Source: a virus. Taken from it: 64,000 bases of DNA. How positions within the stretch are numbered: the first letter of the stretch is position 1; the number at the start of each line of letters is the position of its first letter. Location: positions 1-64,000 of the IMG/VR virus record IMGVR_UViG_3300042397_001782. One strand, given 5' to 3'. Under the pieces are notes generated by a model. The model was given only the letters and a program-made list of their open reading frames with translations, did not search any database and had not been told where the DNA came from. Shown here piece by piece: positions 12,701 to 20,500 of the stretch. The position numbers were made by a program, and so were the translations under genes.

Positions 12701-13243
12701 CCTAAACTAGCTGAATTAGGATATACCATACAAGACTTAAAAACATTACTTGCTTTAATTGATATAAATGAACTTACTAAAAATGAGGCTAATGCTGAAA
12801 GTATTTATACTAATTTTATAGGACAGTTAGATGCACTTGTTAGAGATGGCAAATTAAAAGACCCTAAATTAAAAGATTTACAATTTTTACTTTCTAGTGA
12901 ATTAGGTGGACAAGAATTGACTTTAAGAGCATCTTCAACTCAATTGAACATAGATAAATTAGATGCAATTGACATTTATAAAGATAAAGAAGATAAGGAA
13001 GGTGTTTTAATAAGCTTTCTTTTAGATAGAATTATCACTATGAATGATGAGACTTTAGGGAGTCATAAAATAGATGTAAATCCTGAGATACTTTTTGCTG
13101 ATAATGCTTTAGTATTAGACAATATAAAAGCTAAACCCACTCCTAAAAATAAAAGAGTTAAATTACAGGCATTATCTGATGAAGACTTCTTAAATTTAGC
13201 AACCTCAAAAGGAATGGTGCAAATAAATCCTGAATGTCTATAA
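6725..13243 (+). CDS. Giant putative ejected virion protein with hydrophobic segments and a degenerate PD-(D/E)XK-like domain
   Basis: 2172 aa; GAEEATEE motif among Gly/Ala-rich hydrophobic helices; VVDNEGNVHLIDFKS; the only Cys is penultimate. Confidence 0.65.
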   Translation: MGNLKLLYDKLNKANVQVPDYNTFEQKYGNDKGLEILHSKLNNANILVPNIAEFKSKYSNTLTNQQTPIQQTTVTPKKEEPGFFEGVKTFLFGDEEKKPKVELISEKFEEPNLNPETPYPFTKTTPITVLDKEYAQKIKAVEDKYNKLQEDPSNYAAYIPSRFAIFGAEPLVKTYKVDYTRQKEQEILNLNAEKLRREGRNLTPIEQEQDIINYKNKIQANKTTIETRAKEKKSYLAELSKEDKTDSPNFISSWKKVINTVKNTWDYNTKVDDDISKAETLKNVNQKFLDYVEKGVNPFKNAPYNDAEAMKKAGSYIDPSIESGSKKAREKIGEITTKWFPTAEIKEDDKKWGTLDYLTVIWNPLIALAAKKIKTEKFTNLTAEQLEREAIEKAYNLAANNLDNSLTPLYDKIQSEIGIPKSEVIGKIDTYLTAKKQVEEGAYPNIGKLSENDIKLFNNPDFQNIADTYSKSAITPIREGKWRLLSLANVDLYNQEKANAFGTLNKVENIGRKEAIRTAILDKNVEEQGVLSKAGFDKALYNTAWTALKAGDFTANQTAAAAQIATQLATAPFRGGEAYTPEWTENIINNTDLFDNLTQQDSHFKLSIFKDDKYIDRTLPTGDIVKVQYTPEGDILNAFGGGMEYTINNPEVMKWLANDFETNKDEILANGKSLWETDGGKAVFLENVWNSMAPEIVEEMPSLLVGAGAGKIAGALIKGASKERRLRLAKGAEFMINVGTNMTEQYPSIYKKYQEAAQDKDNPFPALATSGALALGTLLTSTLQSKAIGLTGNDINKVIMPEAIEATAEAVKIINKEFAKIPNITLREKLTNAAINKVMFQNIMSSSGRFLKRTGRVGAEEATEEVVLEPLINVAANFINEKITGDKAYNQETLKDLNFLNPDVAITSFLTGGTLSTGMDLVKSMSTKGPFSKEDYLKTAFENEATFTSMVDIMTQSGNNKFSEADQAKMMTDYNALKASYNARKSELGVNDEALATLNFANPVIKGFVKSIGETEQSLDKINSGRTFDNAIIRQSLNERELAEKKIALDEEAAKGNISVSPEGTYKIVGSNPLSQELGKQISEYEQLQLSNNNLTSFIDTFNKETKPVQKQYIQELNQVTSEAPDLIRARNSKEGSYAYKAVSSAIMDKQMAMSQLEQVNAEIETAKIDGTDTQELQVKKQNLEKAIKTSDETINTLKKQYKAGRFDTQNETIDRFNEFRTASFVLQEKIQSMAGVDATDEEIEQSEINDAYADYLDAYNALEKSNSTLKKEYGVEVFDSKEAPISLEQFQAFKSNIKEKNALSKKLAENKGTLGDVGRLIGLEYTTGTKQPKDRVQVTAPKNKEDIKAILDDKEQVYEYAKRLGFNKKKSYAQTKKAVRTYLNKQLSTQDETRLEGVSAVFVEKTPRQVNGNPMFEVEGALYKPAGYSVSPTMMTQEERNTVLTNAVISEIAKQVFNNSLLLTPYNVSQIINKVIIESGFDTEVGIDNRSLQFIAETILALKADLDAKGFAYKFNDDVVISKLSEDEVRGYDGIATTPILTVVDNEGNVHLIDFKSFSAGNYAASASGWSNSLTEIQAIFQDNGITVASINVLPIRVDNTSTTQNGLTNLSIGKNSFNTIPNNDNAISRTLLQLATSTPILTTLKEEGLLTQEEVESFDEIPLDEADAPITPADKLKEDSLVVLEPETPTTTEVPVTVTEKNMKAEDKNKATKDTPKEVIEEETPEGVFAGLGKGVYIQVKETSGGFYMITIFGDTDLANKYGKKRKSLEDVRAIYKANNWFAPKTFEGTGVYQLRYADTLTPVLSKNYVEFVQPNGFSEVINDVAVAADIIGTEVEIVENNENGNNDKDEVQKDFKNKASLSIVNANGEKIAMVPPNSPLRENLKISNKKGLNRLEPTIATIKDIKFNNFNRKPYELFSEWEKKALASGVLVPGEYEMVYIGVENGTPVFKNQNGVVVPGRVPKNPKLGSAYLLITNFPTKNIMIPMGTPKLAELGYTIQDLKTLLALIDINELTKNEANAESIYTNFIGQLDALVRDGKLKDPKLKDLQFLLSSELGGQELTLRASSTQLNIDKLDAIDIYKDKEDKEGVLISFLLDRIITMNDETLGSHKIDVNPEILFADNALVLDNIKAKPTPKNKRVKLQALSDEDFLNLATSKGMVQINPECL

Positions 13244-13279
13244 AAAATTTATTATTTTTACAATTTAAAACACACAAGA

Positions 13280-14533
13280 ATGGCTTGTTATATATATAAA
13301 GGAAACACATATACAAAAGAAGAATTATTAGCAATTAAAAATCAAATTATTGCTGAGAATGAAGCTGTATTTAATCAAATGGGTTCAGAGGCTTTAAATG
13401 ATATAAATGTCCTTGTAGACCAATTAGTTAAAGGAGGATTGGCAGAAGAAGTTATAGTGGGAAATACACAAACTCTTTTAGATGTATTAGATGAGGAAGG
13501 AGCTTCTGAAGGATTAAAGCAACAAGTCCAACAAGGTCCTGAAAGACAAATAATTCTTAATGGTCAAGGAGTAACAGTGAGAACTTTCCCTGAAGATGTA
13601 TCTGTAATAAACGGATTTTATTCTCCAATAGAAAAAAGACTAGCAGAAACTAAGATTGATAAACAATCAGCAAATAAATGGGTGTCAGTTATAGGCAAAG
13701 GAGATGAAGCAACTTGGACAGGAGTAAAAGCGTGGCTTGAAGAAAAGAACCCACAAGAGCAAGTAACCAAATCTGAAATTCAGCAATGGATGAAAGATAA
13801 TAGGATTAGTGTTGTGGAAGTGGTGAAAGGGAAAACAGAATGGAGCGAGGTAAAAAAAGGCAGATGGGAAAGACCTATTGATAAAGAAAACTTACAAGGA
13901 AGAAAAACGGCAGGTAAAGTTGTTATTCAATTAATTGATGGCAAGTATTACGGTGAGCCAAGCACAACAAAATATACAAGAGTATTTAATAGCTTAGAAG
14001 AAGCACAATCTTATTATGACGGAGTTGATGGGTTTAGCACAGACACCAAATTCTCTAAGTGGCAACTAGAAGGAGAAAAAGAAAACTACAAAGAGGTGTT
14101 GGTTACGATGCCGAATGTAACAAAGCAAAGAATGCCCGAAGGTTTTTCAGTAGTTTCAAAAAGCGAGTATAAAGGAGCAAGTGAATGGACACCTAACTTT
14201 GTTGTCATAGATAAAGACGGAGTGAGTATTGTTGGTGGGAAAACCAAAGAAGCAGCATTAGATACGTTTTTTAAAACTTACGCACCTGTTTCCGAAAGTA
14301 GAGTAAACTTTAAATCAGGGCATTGGGATGAACCCAACATACTTGTTCATTTAAGAATGAATACTCGAACAGATGCAGAAGGAAATAAAGTATTGTTTTT
14401 GGAAGAGGTGCAATCAGATTTTTCTGCTGCATATCGTAAATCACAAGAAGAGGTTATGAATTTTATTAGTAAAAATGAAGGGGATGTTATTGAATTATAC
14501 AAAAAAAGCGGTAAATTAGAGGTAGAATGTTAG
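13280..14533 (+). CDS. Large polyvalent protein, N-terminal part of a split gene
   Basis: GFYSPIE...HWDEPNILVHLRMNTR...LFLEEVQSD looks like the first half of a domain that continues at 15218; starts MAC and ends EC. Confidence 0.7.
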   Translation: MACYIYKGNTYTKEELLAIKNQIIAENEAVFNQMGSEALNDINVLVDQLVKGGLAEEVIVGNTQTLLDVLDEEGASEGLKQQVQQGPERQIILNGQGVTVRTFPEDVSVINGFYSPIEKRLAETKIDKQSANKWVSVIGKGDEATWTGVKAWLEEKNPQEQVTKSEIQQWMKDNRISVVEVVKGKTEWSEVKKGRWERPIDKENLQGRKTAGKVVIQLIDGKYYGEPSTTKYTRVFNSLEEAQSYYDGVDGFSTDTKFSKWQLEGEKENYKEVLVTMPNVTKQRMPEGFSVVSKSEYKGASEWTPNFVVIDKDGVSIVGGKTKEAALDTFFKTYAPVSESRVNFKSGHWDEPNILVHLRMNTRTDAEGNKVLFLEEVQSDFSAAYRKSQEEVMNFISKNEGDVIELYKKSGKLEVEC

Positions 14534-15331
14534 AAAGTAAATTTTACATATATCGTCACATACGCCCTGATACCAATGAAGTATTTTACATCGGTAAAGG
14601 GAATAATATTAATCCAAAAAAAACTTTATACGAAAGAATGAATATTGTCAAAAAAAGAAATAAAATATGGCAGTCAATTGTATTAAAGAACAATGGCGTT
14701 TTTAAATCAGAAATACTTTTTGAATGTGAAACGGAAGAAAAATGTAATGCAAAAGAAATTGAGTTTATAGAATTGTATGGAAGAAAAGATTTGAATAACG
14801 GAACTTTGGCTAATTTAACAAGCGGTGGAGATGGAAGTTTGGGCATAATAACAAAGCAAGAAAAGAGGGATAAGTTAAGTTTAAAATTTAAAGGAGAAGC
14901 ACATCCTAATTTCGGCAAAAAACTTTCAAAAGAAACTTGTATGAAAAAGTCTGAATCAATGAAAAATTCAGATAAAAATTTAAAAGGGAAAAAATTACCT
15001 GAATGGTGGAAAGACAAAATAAGACAAACAAAATTTGGGGCTAACAATCCAATGTTTGGTAAAAAATCACATTTAGCGAAAGCGGTTATAGATATAGTGA
15101 CAGGAATTGAATACCACTCTATAATGGAAGCAGCAAAATCAACGCCTTATAAATTTCAATACGTTTCGGCAATGTTAAAAGGAACAAAAACTAATAAAAC
15201 TAATTTAAGATATAAAGATGGCTTGTAAATATAAAATAAACGGACTAGAATTAACAAAAGACGAGTTTTTAAACTATGTTAAAAAACAGCCATTAGAAGA
15301 ATCGGCTAAAATATTAGGTATTTCAACAACA
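14423..15331 (+). mobile_element. Homing-endonuclease cassette splitting the polyvalent gene (approximate bounds)
   Basis: Lies between EEVQSDF and PAAPF; flanking ORFs share a frame; endonuclease ORF overlaps both neighbours. Confidence 0.6.
14527..15228 (+). CDS. GIY-YIG homing endonuclease with NUMOD3 repeats and a C-terminal NUMOD1-like HTH
   Basis: YIYRH...FYIGKG...R...E...NLTSGGDG; HPNFGKKLSKET and NPMFGKK repeats; EYHSIMEAAK. Confidence 0.88.
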   Translation: MLESKFYIYRHIRPDTNEVFYIGKGNNINPKKTLYERMNIVKKRNKIWQSIVLKNNGVFKSEILFECETEEKCNAKEIEFIELYGRKDLNNGTLANLTSGGDGSLGIITKQEKRDKLSLKFKGEAHPNFGKKLSKETCMKKSESMKNSDKNLKGKKLPEWWKDKIRQTKFGANNPMFGKKSHLAKAVIDIVTGIEYHSIMEAAKSTPYKFQYVSAMLKGTKTNKTNLRYKDGL

Positions 15332-17467
15332 CCTGCGGCACCTTTTATTACCGATACTAATAATTATGTGAAGCTCGGATTGCGTGTAGCCCTTAAAGAA
15401 TCAGTAAAACAAGGTGCTGATAAAATTGCATGGGCTACTGGGGAGCAACAGAATGATAGGTATTCTCTTGAAAAACAAGTTGATGAGCTTAAAGTAAAAA
15501 AACAAACCGATGGGGCTTATTCAATTTATGGATATAAAGACGGTAATAGTGTTATCGAGCATAACGATGTTCCCGAAAATAAAATAGAAGCATATATTGG
15601 TAAAGAAATAGCATCTAAAGTTATTAATGAAGGACAAACAAGTTTTGAAGGAGATGACCTTAAACTTGGAGGTAAAGGCATGAAAGGCTTTTACGGCTCA
15701 CCAACAGAAGGAAGTTTAGGGATAGTAGGAAATGTAGCAAAGAGTTTGTTTAAGCAAGAGGTTGGAACGGTGGAGATAAAATTATCAGATTCAGCTCCAT
15801 CAAATGAAGTTTATTTTAATGATTGGAAAGTTGTTGGTTATATTGGGAAATTCCCACAATGGATAGCCGAATTAGATGACATAACTTATGAGATAGGCAC
15901 AAGTGATGGCATTAAATATACACTATGGCGTGGCGAAGAAAAGGTTGGGGTATTTAATAGTGTAAAACAAGCACAAGATGCGGCAAGTGGCACAGAAACG
16001 GGCATAACTTCCGCCCAACACTCCATAGACATAACACCTGAACTAAAATCACAAGTAGAAGAAGGATTACCTTTATTCCAAAAAGAACCTGTTAAACTAA
16101 TCCCAACAGGATTTGTAAAAGGAAAAAAAGTATATATAAATTCAGATGTAGCTACAATAGAAACTCCTATACACGAATTTGCTCATTTATATAATGCTTG
16201 GTTAAAAGAAAACAAAGTTGAATTATATAACAGAGGTTTGGAATTAGTGAGAGCAGAGTTAGATAAGAAAAACTCTCCAATACAATCTGTAATAGATTAT
16301 GTAAAATCAACACAACCTAATCTACAAGGAGAAGCTTTACAAGAAGAAATTCTTACACAATTAACAGGTAAAAAAGGACTAGAACTATTACAGTCTAAAA
16401 AGAAAGGCGGAATTATTAATTGGATAAAAGAAGCATTAGCAGAAATAGCTAATATGTTAGGATTGTCAAATTATTCTGTTGAACAAGCAATGAATATGAC
16501 AATAGATGAATTTGCTAAGGCTATTGCTGTTGATTTGTTACAAGGACAAAAACCAATAGGAATAACAGTAGAAGAAGCTATTAAACGTAATAACGGAAAT
16601 CCTTTAAATCTGGCACCAAATGGAAACCCTTCTATTTTATACCAATCATATAAAGATTTAGGATATTTTGATAATGAAGCAGAGAGATTTACGGCACAAA
16701 CGTTTAGTAATGAGTTTAAAACATGGTTTGGAGATTGGCAAAATGATGCTGAAAATGCTAGTAAAGTGATGGATGAAAATGGTCAGCCAAAACTAATGTA
16801 TCACGAAACAGCAGCGGATTGGTTTATATACGACAAAACAAAAATAGAGGCGGGTAAACTTGATTCAGTTACACCTACTGGTATATTTTTAAAATCTTCT
16901 AATAAAAATATTGGCTTAGGAAACAGACAAATGAATTTGTTTTCGAGTATAAAAAATCCGATTTATGCAAAAGATAGAAAAGAATTAGAAAATTTCTTTA
17001 GTTTAAATATTAAAGGGTACTCTGAAATTAAAGAAAAATCATCTCAAGTTGAAAAAGAATACGATAAAATACTAGAAAAAGAAGGTCCAAGACTTAAAGA
17101 AGCTTTTAAAAAAGAAATAGAAGATTTTAAAGGAGAACTTACAAGTGAAGATAGGATTAAATTAGTAGAAAAAGTTTATAAAAATTCTGACACAGAATTA
17201 AACGATTTGGAAGTAGAATTTGAAAATTTAGCCATAGAGGCAAAAGCATTGATTGATTCATTTATGAAAGATTCAAACTATGATGGGATATTCTTAACTT
17301 CAGATGTTGGAAGTAAAGGAAGAGAAACAGATGCTACAATAGCTATGAATCCTGAACAAATAAAATCAGCTACAGGAAACATAGGAACATTTAGCCCTAC
17401 AAATGCTGACATTAGATTTCAAACAATACCAACAGAAGAAACCACTACAATTCCTGACTGTGTCTAG
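15218..17467 (+). CDS. Large polyvalent protein, C-terminal part: zincin metallopeptidase (MPTase) plus ADP-ribosyltransferase-like (ART-PolyVal) domain
   Basis: VYINSD...TPIHEFAH (HExxH); FKTWFGDW...SKVMDENGQPKLMYH...YDGI...PEQIKSATGNIGTF...DIRFQ; starts MAC and ends DCV. Confidence 0.75.
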   Translation: MACKYKINGLELTKDEFLNYVKKQPLEESAKILGISTTPAAPFITDTNNYVKLGLRVALKESVKQGADKIAWATGEQQNDRYSLEKQVDELKVKKQTDGAYSIYGYKDGNSVIEHNDVPENKIEAYIGKEIASKVINEGQTSFEGDDLKLGGKGMKGFYGSPTEGSLGIVGNVAKSLFKQEVGTVEIKLSDSAPSNEVYFNDWKVVGYIGKFPQWIAELDDITYEIGTSDGIKYTLWRGEEKVGVFNSVKQAQDAASGTETGITSAQHSIDITPELKSQVEEGLPLFQKEPVKLIPTGFVKGKKVYINSDVATIETPIHEFAHLYNAWLKENKVELYNRGLELVRAELDKKNSPIQSVIDYVKSTQPNLQGEALQEEILTQLTGKKGLELLQSKKKGGIINWIKEALAEIANMLGLSNYSVEQAMNMTIDEFAKAIAVDLLQGQKPIGITVEEAIKRNNGNPLNLAPNGNPSILYQSYKDLGYFDNEAERFTAQTFSNEFKTWFGDWQNDAENASKVMDENGQPKLMYHETAADWFIYDKTKIEAGKLDSVTPTGIFLKSSNKNIGLGNRQMNLFSSIKNPIYAKDRKELENFFSLNIKGYSEIKEKSSQVEKEYDKILEKEGPRLKEAFKKEIEDFKGELTSEDRIKLVEKVYKNSDTELNDLEVEFENLAIEAKALIDSFMKDSNYDGIFLTSDVGSKGRETDATIAMNPEQIKSATGNIGTFSPTNADIRFQTIPTEETTTIPDCV

Positions 17468-17519
17468 GAACTAAATACCCAAAATAATTGTTAAAAAAGG
17501 GAAATTAAAAATTATTACT

Positions 17520-17527
17520 TACTTTTG
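17520..17527 (+). promoter_or_regulatory. Bacteroidota -7 promoter element
   Basis: TACTTTTG matches TAnnTTTG, upstream of 17583. Confidence 0.45.
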
Positions 17528-17530
17528 TAT

Positions 17531-17564
17531 TGTTTCCCCTCCTTTTGGTAGGGAAACATTTTTT
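17531..17564 (+). terminator. Hairpin with U-tract
   Basis: tgtttccc...gggaaaca followed by tttttt. Confidence 0.5.
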
Positions 17565-17582
17565 ATAAAATAAATATAATAT

Positions 17583-20500
17583 ATGGCTAAGTGCTCATTA
17601 CCTTATGTAGAAAAAAGATTTAGAGAAAGTAACCCTCAATTAGCGGATAAGCTTAATGATATTGGCTTAAAGGTATTTGAAGATATTTCTAATTCAACCC
17701 TATTTGACAGAAAAGAGGGTAATTTTGTATTTAACGAAGAAGGCACTGAAGAAAGAAACTCTCAGAATGACTTTGTCACTAAATTAAATACAGATTTAGG
17801 GGCAGAAGTAGTAAGAGAAGTAGAAAAAAAAGTAAGTGTAAATGTATTGCCTTTAGTTACAGAAGAAGATTTGAGGACTGGTTCTCAAATTGCAAGCCAA
17901 GTTAACCCTGCATTAAGAGATGTAGAGAGTACGGCTAAAGATATTGAATCAAAAAGAATAGCAACTGACGCTAAGATTAAGCGTAAAGATTTATTTGATG
18001 GTGTAGGTGAATTTTCAACTCAATTGGGAGGTAGCGATAAAGCTGCTGTTCCTATATCTCATAAAGAAAAAAACGGAATTGAGATTGTTGAGTATGCTCA
18101 TCCCGAAACAGGCAGTGTAGATGTTATAGTTACAGGGAAATCAGATAATGACTTTGTTGGATTTTATCGTATTTACGAAAATGGAAAGCCTACAAATAAG
18201 TGGAGTTCAAAGTTTGAAAATCAATCAAGAAATAAAGATGATTTTAAAACAATGATAAGTGGTATTCAGGAAATGCTACCAGCAGGACACGAATACACCG
18301 AGAAAACATCTATATCTACTGATGGATTAAGAATATGGAATCAACAATTAAATCGTGGGTATGAATTACAATATGATGAAAATGGAAAATTAAAGACAAA
18401 TAGAGTTTTTATAAACGGAGATGCTATTGTTAATGAGTTAGGGATACCTGTTGAAAAAGGAGATTTTGAAAAAATAAAGGTAAAAACAAGAGAAGATTTT
18501 GAAAAGGTGAAAGCAAAACTTTTGCCTTACTTAGAAAAATTTGGATTAGACGAAAGTAGTATAAAATGGATTTCAGGGAATGTTGAAATTACTCCACAAA
18601 ACGAAAAGGCGTTTGCATCAACAGCATCAGTAAAAATAGATTTACCTGTATTAAAGAAATCAGAATCCCTACTATCTAAAGAACAATTACCTGCATTGGA
18701 AGATGTAGAAGAATTTAAATCTTCAGAAGAGCTACCCGACTCTTTTTTAACATTATCGGATTTTGAAGAACCTGCATACACTCCTACAACTCCAGAGACA
18801 CACCCTGAAAGAGTAGCACCATTAGCACCCGAGCCAATGAAGTCTATCCCTCAACAGTGGGAAGAATATACTAACTTAAAAGATAGAACAGATTTAACCC
18901 CTGATGAAGAATTAGATTTAGCTGTTTATAGAGCTAAGTTTGATATGTTTGATAGCCCTTCTCAGTATGAGAAAGTTATGTCAGACCCTACACCTAAAGC
19001 TTTTGTTTCTTTTAGAGAAAAGAATTTAGAAAAATTATTACTTAGCTTTGCTGACAAATTTGGTATCACAATTGCCAATATTGAAGATTTTCAAAAACAA
19101 TACTTTGAAAAGACAGGTAAATTTATACCTGCTAATGGTGTAGCTAATTTGTTTGAAAAAGTTATCTATGTTTCTGAAGGAAATACAGATGCTCTTACCG
19201 AAGAGGTGGCCCACTTTATTATAGCTATGTTGCCTAAAGATGGGGAGCTTTACCAAAACTTAAAGCAATACATCTCAAGAACAAGAGAATATGAGTTGTT
19301 TTATGACAAGTATTTAGCTCAATATGACGGAGATGTAGATAAAACCGAAGAAGAGATAATGGGTAAAGTATTTAAAAATGCTTTACAAGATAAAGAAGAA
19401 ACGGTGCCGTTATCAGTTAGATCTGTAGTAAAAAGAATTATAAACTATATTTCTGATTTATTTTCAGATGATAAAATGGAATACTTAAATTCCTTAAATC
19501 AGTTGAAGAAAATGTTTTTCAGTGAAAATTTAGCAGAAGGATTGGATGCTGCTAATATAAATTATGACGAACTATACCAATTAAATTTCGAGATTACAGG
19601 AAAGGAAACCGATGCTGTTTTAAAGGAAAGATCTGATAAATTTAATTTAGGTGCAAATCTCCTTATAGAGAACCTAGAGGATACTCTTTCTAATATTAGA
19701 CAACAAGCTATAGAGTCTAACCAGACTGAAGCTTTAAGGTCTTCTAATTATTTGTTAAGTATATTAGGTAAAAAAACTGAGCAAGATGCAGATAAAGCAA
19801 AGATTTTATCTAGTATGGTGTTTTCTTCCGTTGCTACTATAAGACGTTTACAAGGTTCTTTCAATGAATTTGATAAGTTAAATATACCTAAAACATTAGA
19901 AACAGATTTTAATAGAGATAATTTAATTAAGTTAAGCTATGATGACTATAATAAATCATTGTCAAAATTAGCGAGTTATATAAATTATTTACAATCTTTA
20001 TACTCTCTTTCAAAATCAATAGAAAGCACTTCCAAATTAATGAAGTTAGAGTCTAATGATATGATTGCATTTAAAAAAATTATTTATGATTTAGACCCAT
20101 CAATAACAGAGAACGATGAAATCATAAAAGCTTTCGATTTATTAGATGGGGAGGGAGTTAAGGTTATGGCTGCAAAGATAGAAAGCATTTATCTTAAAAA
20201 TGTAAAACAAATTTTAGATATTTATATGTCTGCTTTGAATACAGAAGACCAAAAAAGATTTTTAAATTATCAAAATGAAGTTGATTTTGCTAATACAGAT
20301 GCAAAAACTATTGCAGATAAAAATAATAATATAATAGACTATTCTAAAGGAATATTTAGCAATATAAAAAGTTTATTTAGCAAAGGAATTACTCCTGTAA
20401 CCATGCAAAATGATACATTTATACAGAGTGTAGATAGATTTGTATCGGCTATGGAGCAAATGGGAAAAGAAAGAGCTTCTAAGGAAGTTGCGGAAGTTCA

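Noticed and set aside
14423-15331. Group I intron or split intein around the endonuclease
   Set aside because: ORFs overlap with no room for an intron core that I could recognise; no intein blocks or terminal HN-C/S/T
14531-17494. TAG reassignment or readthrough fusing the giant ORFs, as in some crAss-like phages
   Set aside because: Reading through TAG 14531 hits TGA at 14639; reading through TAG 17465 hits TAA nine codons later; long genes are intact in code 11
19320-19345. YDGDVDK as an RNAP DxDxD motif
   Set aside because: It falls in the helical MPTase-like region before EEEIMGK, with no double-psi barrel context
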